Assembly: GCA_951406725.2 (NCBI GenBank)
Contig: OX597816.1
Coordinates: forward strand, 70,246,001 to 70,310,000
Length of the DNA: 64,000 nt
Direction: 5' to 3'
Source: Octopus vulgaris
Lineage: Eukaryota
Below the pieces are notes generated by a model. That model did no database searches and was not told the DNA's origin. It saw only the letters and a program-made list of their open reading frames with translations. This document shows, in pieces, positions 42,059-54,337 of the stretch (positions are counted from its first letter, which is position 1; every line of letters begins with the position of its first letter). Both the position numbers and the translations under genes were made by a program.

Positions 42059-42373
42059 TGGTTTCCGCTTCATCGGGGTATTATCTCCCTTTGCAGGTTA
42101 AAGGACACCGTGATGGTGTCAAGCCTATCTGGCGACGTCGATGTTCGCCTGGGGCTAAATGCAACAGTAACACCCCCACCACCCTGCCCTGTCCCTAGCC
42201 ATATTCAGATGGCTTTAGTCCCTTATGTTATGGAGCAGTTACTGTCTATATCTCATTTAGAGAATTATTATTGCTGTCGAACAGATTTTCGAAATCAGCA
42301 AATGTATTTTGCTTGAAAATCTATATATGAATATCCTGCAGAGTGAGATTTCGTCGAGGAAGCGGGGGCCTAC

Positions 42374-42419
42374 CACACGTTGATGATAGGCAATACACCT
42401 TGAAACCATGGTCCGTGTG
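42374..42419 (+). ncRNA. Type I hammerhead ribozyme motif, copy 2
   Basis: Identical to 42013-42058, 361 nt downstream. Confidence 0.65.
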
Positions 42420-42588
42420 TGGTTTCCGCTTCATCGGGGAATTATCTCCCTTTGCAGGTTAAAGGACACCGTGATGGTGTCAAGCCTATCTGGCGACGTC
42501 GATGTTCGCCTGGGGCCAAATGCAACAGTAACACCCCCACCACCCTGCCCTGTCCCTAGCCATATTCAGATGGCTTTAGTCCCTTATG

Positions 42589-42623
<35 letters not shown>

Positions 42624-42644
42624 ATTTATATATATATATTTATA

Positions 42645-42716
<72 letters not shown>

Positions 42717-42744
42717 TTATATATATATATATTATATATATATT

Positions 42745-42802
<58 letters not shown>

Positions 42803-42973
42803 TTGTGTATTTTTCCCTCACGGGCTACTTTTTACTGGAAGGCGATACTTTGTATTGCATTACTGATATTTTGAAACTTCTTCACCGTTTCTCGTGCTGT
42901 TAGCGTTCCGCATTTCAGTCGAGTGTGATAGTATTAATGTGGTAACATCGTAGATTTCGTCTTGGTATATGCT

Positions 42974-43043
42974 TGGCTGATGAAGGTAAAATAAAATATG
43001 GGTGAGAGACATATCTTGTAAAACCTGAAACCTGCAGGTCCCA
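42974..43043 (+). ncRNA. Type I hammerhead ribozyme motif in a Penelope-like remnant
   Basis: UGG CUGAUGA AGGU..ACCU GAAA C CUGCAG GUC CCA, with palindromic stem III ACCUGCAGGU. Confidence 0.7.
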
Positions 43044-43234
43044 CGTTATCCTATTCCGGGTGTTTCACCTTTCAGATGTTCTCCCTGGAGGTAAGACGTT
43101 TTTTTGGTCTAGTTTGTTGCACACACGCATTTTTGCTAATACATACGCGGTGAAGCTACACATTAGCGTCGTATTTTTACGTTCGCTATTTCCAGTAAAT
43201 ATCGGTACATAGTTGTGCCATTTATTTACTAATT

Positions 43235-43327
<93 letters not shown>

Positions 43328-44495
43328 AGTGGAAAAAGCTGTAGTCGAAGAAGTCAGAAGAGTCAACAGTAACAAATAAGAACTTAAATTAAGAGACGAA
43401 TAAACGTTTATAGAATAAATAGACAGTTCTTTAGAAAGTTTGAGTGTTTGAGACTTTTTAAAGAGTTCATTCATTTACCTCGGACATGTATAGATTTTTA
43501 TTTGGTGAGCTTTTCTTTCATTCACCAGTCTAACTATTTATTTTCTATATGTTGTTCTTTCTTTTTCAAATGGATACTTATATTTTTTCATGATACTTTT
43601 TTGATACAAATTTTTCTTGCATGGGACCAAAACTGTGAATTAGGAAGTACCACAGTTGATACTTCCTAGTTCACATTAGTCCCCTAACTATTCTGCATTC
43701 CTCGCGTTGCCAGATTCACACTATTTTCTCACCAATTTAAAAACTTTCCACTTTACAAAGACACCACTGTTCGCATTAACCGCTGAAACCAACTTCACAC
43801 TCGACACCAAATACTGTGTCAACTGTTCCACACGAATTTTCCCTGCCCTGTCGTACACATCCACAGCATGGCACCGATGATTACAACGCAAACGCTCATA
43901 TCATTTTCCAACAGACTTCGAACTACCTGTCCGATAACATCGGCTTTCAGTACGAACTAACTCACCACGTGAGCAAAATTAATCTTTTTAGTTCGTCCAC
44001 ACAGTAGAAAGTAGGCCAAAATAATACCGCCTACGTTTTAAACAGCCACGTGACTACAAAGAATTGTTTTTTCATCTTCGCTTGCAAAACCAGAGAGCGG
44101 GGGTTTAATCTGAATCGTGCGAACGAGAAATTAAACTAAACATAATCGTCTTTTCGTTCATAACAATATATATGTACACAGGCCGGTATGTAACATATAC
44201 TGTAATACGTGCTTGATTGTAGAAAACTAGTGTGTATAAATGTTTCCATCTTAGTCTTAGGTCCTCCTACGCCGTGTGGAGCATTGGGCAGCAAAGCTTC
44301 TCCATCGTGGTCAGTCGGCTGCGGCGATTTCAGCTTCATCGCGTAAAATGTCAATGGCTTTGAGGTCATCGTTGAAGATTCAGCACCAAGTCCCCTTTGG
44401 TCGCCTTTGTTTTCTATTGCCATACGGTGTCCTCCTCTAAATGGCAGTTTTCACATGCCACGACGATGGTAATCGGAGGACATGAACTGTGAGTC

Positions 44496-44557
<62 letters not shown>

Positions 44558-44969
44558 ATTAAGGTTTTTTCTGCAGATAGTCTAGGCAGCACTAAATTTC
44601 GCTACAACGTTTCGTATCGAGACGTCAGATGTAAACAAGCAATGAGATCGCTATATGTGGTAGCTATATAAGCGATGTATTCAGAGACAAGAATGAGTTT
44701 GATGGGTGGTGATGAAGGTACAACAATCCCCGAAATATGTTATGTACACTCATTACCAACTTTTGTCTATGATCTCTTACGAAACGTTGTTGTAAGAAAT
44801 CAGTACTGGATGTAGTTTCCTAGAATATATGTAGAAACAACTTTTTAAATAATGTGACAAGCACTGCTGATGCAGTAGAACGTAGTACTGACTTATAAAA
44901 ACATAATATACTTCATGTTATATTGTGTTTGCATAACGAAGTATTGTGTACCTACAGACCTTTTACATA

Positions 44970-45153
44970 CGAGGGGCGTTCAATAAGTAATGCCCCTGAC
45001 CCACTTCCCATAGCAGTAGAGCAACGAAACCTGGCACAGTTATTAGTCTTTTTCTACATAGGAACCACCCAGAGTTACGCATTTCTCCCATCGTTTGATG
45101 CAGCTCTGAAGACCGTTTTTGTAGAAGACCCCAGCTTGGTCCTCCAACCACGA
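44970..45153 (-). mobile_element. Mariner terminal fragment (same family as 25378-26641)
   Basis: TA-CGAGGGGCGTTCAATAAG... matches 25378-25561. Confidence 0.9.
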
Positions 45154-45419
45154 TTAATTCATTAATAGCGAAACAATTGTCCCAAAATAATCTGTATTTT
45201 TGTTATTTTTTATTTGCCCTGTTCGTGTGAGCTAACAATCGTACTGACTTTCATGGGAAACATGTATTTTTGTGGTTGAAACCTTTTGGATTTACTAGTG
45301 CTAGAGTGAGCCACATAGTGACCACTCTCTTATATTTATTTTTGTATAAAATATTATAATATGTTATGAAATATTATAATAATCCAGGTTTCTCGGGGCA
45401 CTGGGCCACTTGGTGTTGA

Positions 45420-45470
45420 ATAGGTATACTATTAAATTAGTATCTAATTCTCTCACCCTTATTAATTAAT

Positions 45471-45534
<64 letters not shown>

Positions 45535-46660
45535 CATCATTTCACTAGGCTCAAATAACTATCCACAATTACCTCCCCTTGACCAAACCTTTTTCATATA
45601 CATAACCGTTGTATCCCCTCAATACAAATTCATTAAATCTCCTTTGTTATAAACGATCATCTCCTTCTTCTCTCATTGTATACATAACATATTAACTTGA
45701 TTTACTTGATTTACTTATTTATTTCCTTATTTTGTCTTTACCTGTGTTTATAAATATATATAAAAACACAATTTACTTTAAAACAAATGACCAATAGAAT
45801 TAACTTAACAGATCAATAAATTTAGGGGTGTTAGTTTTCTTACTAAAATAAATATGTATTATCAATACAATTTTTTAATAATCCACAATTATTCATCTTT
45901 TATTATCATGTTTTCTCGAACTCTTTTTGAACATAGGTACTTTTGTGTATTAATATAAATATTAATATAGTAATCATACAATTACATATTTATATAATTT
46001 TTACGCATATAAATAATACATAGAGTTTTTCATATATTTATTATACATATTTAATCTATTGGATAAATAATTTGACTACTAATATATTTTATTACTAATC
46101 TCTGTAATAATAAACTATAAATATATTTACCCCAATATTAATATGATATTTACATACATGATAAACTACTATTCATTATATATCTCCATACCTTCTAACT
46201 ATCATCTAGAATGTATTAATATTTATTTACTTTCCAACAAAATATACACCCCATGTCCCCCTTAAAAGGTTTATACCAAACTTATCCATATAACAATACT
46301 CAGCTGTATTGTTCAGTATACTTAACAACTAATGATATACTTGTATATCTTTTTTTTCTGCCTCTGACGAGATACTGCTTTATCAAATGATTTAATTATT
46401 ACAATTATAATTTTTAAGTATGAATCGAAACAGCAGTTAGAAACCATGTCTAAATTTGCAATTAATAAATATACTTATTCATTGATGTAACTCCGTTTTT
46501 GAAATTTTTCTTCAATAAATATAAACCTTTGTTTATCTAATTACTTATTATTTATGAGTATTATGATTAATATTCACAACAAATACTAGGTAATGAACCA
46601 GTAATTCATTGGATATTACTATCCCTTACTGAGGCTTATCCACCCTCCAATTGAACGTTT
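45420..46660 (+). mobile_element. Probable Penelope-like remnant with degenerate hammerhead core
   Basis: AT-rich decayed sequence with CTGACGA GAT..ATC GAAAC AGCA GTT at 46364-46438. Confidence 0.4.
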
Positions 46661-46753
46661 TATATATGTATATCTCATACTCAAGTTTGCCTCGTGTTTC
46701 ACGTTGTTTTCGAATTTCATGTGCTTTACGTTTTGTGACGTTGTACCCATATA

Positions 46754-46853
<100 letters not shown>

Positions 46854-48268
46854 CATTTATATAGATTGATAGATAGATAGATACAAACATACATACATAC
46901 ATAGATAGATGCATGCATGATACATACATACATACATACATACATACATACATACATACATACATACATACATACATACATACATACATACATAGACTTA
47001 TACATACATAGACTTATACATATACATTGTCTGTTAGACAATGTAAGAAGATGGGTAATAGAAGACAAGGTTGAAAGCGTTTGTGCGATCATTTGCGTAC
47101 ATGTGTGTAAATGTATGTGTGTGTGCGTGTGTGTGTGTTAATGACTTTAGGGGAATGTGGCAGAGAAGTCGTGAAACAAAGTACTCAGGCAGATTTGAAG
47201 TAACAGGGAGTGGGGAAGAGAAGAAAAACCAACCAATTATATGACTGATAATTAGTATCTCCTAACTGCTTATTACATATTCATTAACAATATGAATTAC
47301 AACACCCACTTAGTGTTCCTAAATTCATTGTTGAAATCCATTTACATTTTGAAATAACGTAGATTAGTTGAAACGATAATCATTGGATAAATACAATTTT
47401 CAGTCAATAAAGTGTTATAAATAAAAGTATGCAGTTCAAATCCAGAAAAAGCCATGAATAATGTGTGACGCAGGGAGAATTCAAATGAGAAAGTTGTGGG
47501 AAAAGACAAGCATTGGTAGAGAGTTGTTTTAAACATAACATATATGTTTAAATATATATCAGGATCACACACAGCATATAGGTACAGTGCAACATAATTT
47601 CTTTTCCTCAACAGGCCTTGCCCTGTTTAACATTGTCCCGAAAGAGATAAAAGAGGGAAAGGATCCTGTCACCTTTAAACGGAGTCTGGACAGATTTCTT
47701 CAAGGAATACCGGATAAGCCACCCATACCTGGATACAACTCACTCCTTGACTTAAACAGGATTTAGATAATCCTATCAGGTGGTGCTAATTAAGTTAGAC
47801 ATGGCCTGAACCAATCTTCGGTCGAAACATATCTAAGTTTATCTAAGTTTATATTGTAAGTTAATCTGTGTGATAGAGGCAATACGATGACGTTTTGGAA
47901 AACATATGGCAAAAGAGCAGTTCTGAAGTTATAACCAGTTATGTTGAAAGCGATTTCTTCATAATCAAAAAAACAATGATTTTAAAATGAACTTAGGAAG
48001 GAATTTCAACCGTGTTTCGTGGTCTGCTATCACAACAGCTCCTTTATAGGATCCAGTTAGCTCAAGACATCATCAGGAAGAACCACGTCCGGTTTCGGCC
48101 ACTGTTCCTCTACCGTTATGACGTGGTGCCACCTCACTTTCGGAGGTGTCTTCAGCTCTGGTGTTGGGTACATGTCTTCTTTCTTCTGTTCCCTGGCCTC
48201 TTCGATGTAGCGTCAACGAGAGTCAGCCTTATCAAATTTTTTTCTCTTTAAATACCTGCTAATTTTAG

Positions 48269-48369
48269 TATATACTACGAATGAATGTAACGACTCCTGT
48301 CTACGAAACTATACAGCCCATAATAATAGTACCCGATTTTTCAAGTGTACGAAAGAAAATATTTCATAA
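48269..48369 (+). pseudogene. Terminal peptide exon C, probably damaged: (V)YTTNECNDSCLRNYTAHNNSTRFFKCTKENIS*
   Basis: Acceptor gctaattttag at 48268, phase 1, CX3C-X15-C with the fourth Cys missing. A mariner fragment sits just after the stop and a Penelope-like piece just before the acceptor. Confidence 0.55.
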
Positions 48370-48384
48370 TATAGTCGCACATTA

Positions 48385-48862
48385 CCACGATGTGACTTCA
48401 GAAATCAAGGCTGCATCATCTGGGAAACGCTTTCCTTTCAAAAACAACTTCATGGCTGGGAAGAGGTGAAAATCAGAGGGTGCAGGTCAGGAGAGTAGGG
48501 AGAATAGGGGATGAGTTGATAGCCGGACGCCTGTGCTTCTGATCTGGCGACACGCGAGTTGTGGATCGGAGCGTTGTCCTGCAGGAGGAGGATGCCTTTT
48601 CTGATCTTGCCCCGCCTCATGATTTTGATAGCTTCTCTTAATTTCCTCAAAAAGTGAAGCATAATAGACTCCTGTAATTGTGGCACCCTTTGCCAAGAAA
48701 TCTGTCATCATTACTCCGTCCTGGTCCCAGAAGACTGTGTGCATGACCTTGCCAGCGGAGGGCTGCACCCTTGCCTTCTTTGGAGGAGGTGAGTCACGGT
48801 GCTTCCACTGCATTGACTGGGCTTTGGTCTCTGGATCATAGTGATGGACCCAGGTTTCATCC
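48385..48862 (-). mobile_element. Internal mariner fragment (same family as 25378-26641)
   Basis: Matches ~25556-26032 and retains QDNAP and PYSPDL. Confidence 0.9.
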
Positions 48863-50495
48863 GCACATAATATAGTCGCACATTACCTATTACGACTTAG
48901 GATGATTTCAGATATCCAAGATATCTTAATTAGTTTAAACGGAAATTTGACAAACGACGAAGAAAATCATCTTATACAACAGTAATTCCACTGAAGAAAG
49001 TTATGAGAGAAAAACCCCAAATTTATTCTATGTTCACTTATAATGCTTTGATGAAATAATTTAATTATTATATAAGTAATTACTTGATGCATATCACATC
49101 TCTACGTGAAGAATTTCTTGGCATCATTTGTATATTGTCATTGGAACACAGATATCTTAATTAGTAATTTGAACAAAAATCATTGTTCAACAGTAATTCC
49201 ACTGAAGAAAGTTATGAGAGAAAAACCTCCAAATTTATTCTTGTTTCCTCTTACTTATACACATTTTGCGAAGTATAGTGTAATATATTAATCTCAATTC
49301 GCTTACCTCGCTACGTCTGCATCATTTGTATATTGCCATTGGAACACAGCATTTCGAGTAATTGAACAAAACATCATTGTTCAAGCAGATATATAATTCC
49401 AATATTACTATATGTGTGTGTATGTGTAGTTAATTTCAATGGCCAAATTCTGCCTAGACTGATGAGATTCTGTACAAACATTTAGTTTAGTGAACAGGCG
49501 GGTGTCTGTGTCTACATGTAGGACTGCATCTGTGTTTTGAGATTGCAGAAGGCGGAGTGCTGTGTCTGTCTGATTTCATGATGTGTATGTGCGTGTGTAT
49601 ACAGTGGTCTTGAAATACAGAGGCATAAAGATGTGGGTAAGCGAGGTTGTGACGTTTTGTATAGTGCGTATGTATAATCGCTACGTTATTGTTAGAGATG
49701 CGTGAGAGTAAGTAATTGGGACGAATGTGAGTGTTAATATGAGCTATATAGCTACGTAAAAGAAAGGCGGCGAGCTGGCAGAAACGGTAGCACGCCTGGC
49801 GTAATGCGTGGCCGTATTTCGTCAGCCGTTACGTTCTGAGTTCAAATTCCTCCGAGGTCGACTTTGTCTTCCATCCTTTTGGGGTCGATAAATTAAGTAC
49901 CAACCACGCACTGGGATCGATGTAATCGACTTAATCCGTTTGTCTGTCCTTGATTTTCCCCTCTGTGTTTAGCCCCTTGTGGGTAGTAAAGAAATATATA
50001 TAGAGAAATATATATAGAGAAGTAAATATATAAAGAGAAATAAAGAAATATACATAGCAACGTAAAAGAAATGCAGAGGCGTGATAAAATTGTATGAGAG
50101 ACGTGGGTGTGAGATGCTATTAATGAGGAATTCACTGATATACAAGTAGCTACAACACTAGTGCAAGGAATGTTTTGCTTTTAGAGGGAAGAAAATTTGG
50201 GAAGACAAGAGAACTGGGTTAGAAATGAATGAATGGCGTTAAAGAGGGTGAAGAAGAAATCAGGTGGAGCGTAAGGTGAGAGCAGGAGCGAAGGTGAACT
50301 GAAAGAAAATTAAGGGTAACATTGGGGAAAAGAGAAGAAATGACTAAAATAAATAACTGATGGAAAATTGTAAATAAACAAAAACATAAAAACACAACAC
50401 CGTCGAAAAGTTCAGAGCGATAAACAACAGAACAAATGTCGAGAAAGTGCAACTGCCCATATTATGTTAAGGTGGAATAGAAGGTAACAGACACA

Positions 50496-50709
50496 CAGGG
50501 TAGCCCCAAAATAGGTTTATAGTCATTCAACTATCTCTTTCGCATTCATATATTAACAGTTTAGATCTTAATTATAAAAAAAAATATGAAACCATTATTC
50601 TATGGAAGTTTAGTTAATTGTAAGATAGAAATTTAAATGTAATAAAATGTTTTCAAAGAAATTTAAAGTGCCTACGTGATAACTGTAAACCTACTTTTGG
50701 GCCACCCTG
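50496..50709. mobile_element. Tc1/mariner-type MITE
   Basis: TIRs CAGGGTAGCCCCAAAATAGGTTTA / TAAACCTACTTTTGGGCCACCCTG-TA. Confidence 0.75.
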
Positions 50710-51897
50710 TATATGTATGCATATGATGGGGGTTTGAAGCGTTTATAGCGGAAAAGAGAGAGTCAAAGATGATACTTCATTTTCAATGCATGGTTTAGAA
50801 GGGATAGTGAGCAATTATATGAAAGAGGAAATCTGATGCAGGGTCATGAAATCTGTTAGACAATAGACTGACGAAGAGTAAGAAGATGAGTAACAGAAGA
50901 AAAGGTTGAAAGCGTTTGTGCGATCGATTGCGTATGCGATCGATTGCGTGTGTTAATGACCTTAAGCGATTGTGGGAGGGAAGTTCTTCAGGCAAAGTGG
51001 AAATAGCAAGGAGTGGAGAAGAGAAGAAAACTCAATCAGTTATATGACTGTCGATTAGTATCTCATAATTGCTTATTAATTGCGTATGAGTGGCTGTGTG
51101 GTAAGTAGCTTGCTTAGCAACCACATGGTTCCGGGTTCAGTCCCACTGCGTGGAACCTTGGGCAAGTGTCTTCTACTATAGCCTCGGGCTAACCAAAGCC
51201 TTGTGAGTGGATTTGGTAGACGGAAACTGAAAGCCCGTCGTATATATGTATATATATATATATGTATGTGTGTGTATGTTTGTGTGTCTGTGTTTGTCCC
51301 TCCCCCCAACATCACTTGACAACCGATAGTGGTGTGTTTACGTCCCCGTAGCTTAGCGGTTCGGCAAAAGAGGCCGAAAAAATAAGTATTAGGCTTACAA
51401 AGATTTGGGGTCGATTTGCTCGACTAAAAGGCTCTGCCCCAGCATGGCCACAGTTAAATGACTGAAACATGTAAAAGAGAGTAAAAGAAAAAGAGAATAT
51501 GTTCATTGTAAATTACAACAACCACTTATTGTTCTTAAGTTCATTGACGAAATTCATTTAAATTTTAAAATAAATGAGAATAATTGAAATGATAATTATT
51601 GAATAAATGCAATTTTCTGTCAATAACGTGTTATAACTAATAGTTCAAATCCAGAAAACCCAATGAATAATGTGTGAGGCAGATAAAGAATTCAAGTTAG
51701 AAATTTGTGGGAAGAGATATGCAATGGTAAAGAGTTGTTTTAAACATAATAAAGGTTGTAAGTTAATCTGTGCGATAGAAACAGCTTGATGACGCTTTGG
51801 AAAACAGATATGACAAAAGAAGAATTCTGAAGTTACAACCAGGTGTACTGACCGTGAACAATAATTTTAAAAGAAAATTATATTTTTCAAATTTTAG

Positions 51898-52004
51898 AAT
51901 TTTCTAGATGTCACTGTCGATTTTTCTGCCGACGAAATCATACATACGAAATGCATCGTGATCGGTATTTCGAGTGTCTGAAAAATAAATGTCTCATCCG
52001 ATAG
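51898..52004 (+). CDS. Terminal peptide exon D: (E)FSRCHCRFFCRRNHTYEMHRDRYFECLKNKCLIR*
   Basis: Acceptor tttttcaaattttag at 51897, phase 1, CxCX3C-X15-CX4C, TAG at 52002-52004. Confidence 0.7.
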
Positions 52005-52089
52005 TTGTAAATTGTCTTCAAAGTACTCAACAAAAGGAACAAAATGATTTCTGATATTAAAATCAATAATTCTAAGCAGAAAAGCGCGA

Positions 52090-52575
52090 CCATCTGCTCA
52101 GCGGCTGTGAGGAGAAATCATTGAATCACTATCCGTGAGTTATCAGAGGATATGCAGATTAGTTACGGTTCAGTTCATTATCAGTGAAGATTTGGGTATG
52201 AGAGGCGTGCACCAAAACTGCTTTCAGCTGACCAACAAGACACTCGGGTTTCAGTTGCACAATATCTCCTTGATTGTGTCGGAAACGATGAAAACTTTTT
52301 TTAAACTTTTCGTAGGCATATGAGCAGGTATCGCCAAGTTTTTGGCAACATTTGAAGTAGATTCTCTACTGAACTTACTCTCTCGTGACCAATTCGACAA
52401 TCACACGCTACACACCTTCCTTCCAAGCACTGCTGCAAAACAGTGGAATTGAACTAGAACGTTAGAACTTAGTGCACTTGCATATCAGAGTTTGAGGTCA
52501 ATCTGTGCCAAGCGGCTTTGCATTGCGTGCTTCGTTACTATGGCAACAGTCTGGATACTTATTGATCAGACTACG
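52090..52575. mobile_element. Degenerate mariner-like remnant between exons D and E
   Basis: Decayed transposase-like segment (IRELSED..) and mariner-type end GGATACTTATTGATCAGACTACG-TA. Confidence 0.55.
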
Positions 52576-52611
52576 TATATAAAACAATGATTTATTCTAT
52601 TCTAAACTTTG

Positions 52612-52718
52612 TTCTTACTCTACGGCTATGTCTAAAGACTTGCCGACGACTACGTAGATACGATCCAACTTCGGTTCCGTTTAGAGAGTGTCTGAAGGAT
52701 AAATGTAACACTTCGTAA
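52612..52718 (+). pseudogene. Terminal peptide exon E with non-canonical acceptor: (V)LTLRLCLKTCRRLRRYDPTSVPFRECLKDKCNTS*
   Basis: Intact CX3C-X15-CX4C frame, TAA at 52716-52718, AATAAA at ~52782. The homologous acceptor reads tctaaactttTG instead of ..ttttAG. Confidence 0.55.
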
Positions 52719-53619
52719 GATTTCAAGTATATACGAAAACATTGTAGCTTTTCATTGTTTTAAATTTTTGTCAATGCGCGGAATAAAGCAACAAAGTGAT
52801 TTCAGATCTGAAAACCGATAACTCTAAACAGAAAAGACAAAGGGGCTGCTGAAATTTCGCATTGCCACTTGACAGCTCACCGGATCATATTTCGGAAGAT
52901 GGATATTTTTTTCTTTGCTGTGTAAAACCCTTACTTATCACAACAAATATATCACACACTACGAAATCTGTGATCACATATTTGTGTGATGGAATTATTT
53001 CATTTTTAATTACTTGAGGCTGATGATGACTAGTAAATTGGAAAGTTGCTAAAGCGTAGTACGAATCCAAGACGTTTTAAATAGTTGAATCAACCGCGTT
53101 TAGTGAGATTAATTCTACTATAAAGAAAGAGTAAACAACCTACTAATATAATTTTGTTTTCACTAACTTATTATACAATTCAATAAGTTAAACATACTGC
53201 TTTAGTGAAGAGAAAAATCATTTTCTACTTGACTAATTCTACACAGAATAGTGAACTCCACAATGTTAATTTTGTTTCGCCTTTCTTATATATATTTTAC
53301 GTAGTGTAGTCTAATCCACTGATATGCATCCCGTTTCCCTGCTAAAACTGCATTTGTATGTTGTGAATGGACCACTGAATTTCGAGCAATTGAACAAAAC
53401 ATTATTGTTTAATTTAAATTATTTAATTTCAATATGATTATAAGAAGAAAAGAAAGAAAATCCACTATAGAGACTTATATATACGGTATTACTTATTCTG
53501 GGTATTCCTCACTAAAGGAATATCCTCGCTTCATACATCAATTAAGCAACTAAATTACTAGCCGTCAAATTTCGTTCTATAGGCACTCTTAAATTAGAAG
53601 TGCGTGCACGCGGGCATGT

Positions 53620-54017
53620 CAGTCTGTGTGTGCGTGTGTGTGGGAGATTGGAAGTAATGACCTTAAAGGTGTGTGGCGGGGAAGGTGTGGAACAGGCTGT
53701 TCAGGCAAAGTGAAAGCAGCGAGGAGTGGAGAAGAGAAGAAAATCAATTATATGACTGTCAATTAGTATCTCGTAATTGCTTATTATATATTCATTGACA
53801 ATGTAAATTACAATAACCACTTATTGTTCTTAAATTCATTGACGAAATTCATTTAGAATTTAAAATAAATTGGGATTAATTAAAACAATAATCATTGGAT
53901 AAATGCCATTTTCTGTCAATAACGTGTTATAACTAACAGTATACAGTTAAAATCCAGAAAGACCAATGAATAATGCATAAGGGAGATGGAGGATTCAAAT
54001 GAGAAAGTTGTGGAAAA
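53620..54017 (+). repeat. Truncated further copy of the pre-exon intron segment of the peptide duplication unit
   Basis: Homologous to 35160-35800, 47130-47510 and 50950-51720. It ends at a palindromic insertion and no exon was found after it. Confidence 0.8.
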
Positions 54018-54200
54018 CGACATATTTGTCCTCATCTTGTTTGTTGTTAACACAACGTTCCGACTGATTTACCCTCCAGCCTTCATCAGGTGTCTTGGGG
54101 GAATTTCTAACCCAGGTTCGAAATTTCCTGAAGAAGGCTGGAGGGTATATCAGCCGAAACGTTGTATTAACAACAAACAAGATGAGGACAAATATCCGTC
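54018..54200. repeat. Palindrome with minimal hammerhead-like cores on both arms (Penelope-like)
   Basis: 54018-54090 is the reverse complement of 54127-54200. CTGAAGA AGGCTG..CAGCC GAAACGT on the + strand. Confidence 0.75.
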
Positions 54201-54284
54201 AATTGTAAATAATGTTAATACTGTACATAATTCCTCATCTCTTAAATATAAGACAGTAAATATCTGTATATATTACACATATGC

Positions 54285-54337
<53 letters not shown>

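Larger units (their letters stand above)
41875..42590 (+). repeat. 361-bp tandem repeat (~1.8 units) plus 64-bp inverted segment, between (TA)n tracts
   Basis: 41939.. repeats at 42300.. almost identically. 41875-41938 is the reverse complement of ~42210-42274. Confidence 0.9.

Noticed and set aside
42047-42866. Duplicated ORFs [11 protein letters not shown]...
   Set aside because: The ATG is part of the hammerhead stem III palindrome, one copy runs into (TA)n, and there are no protein features.
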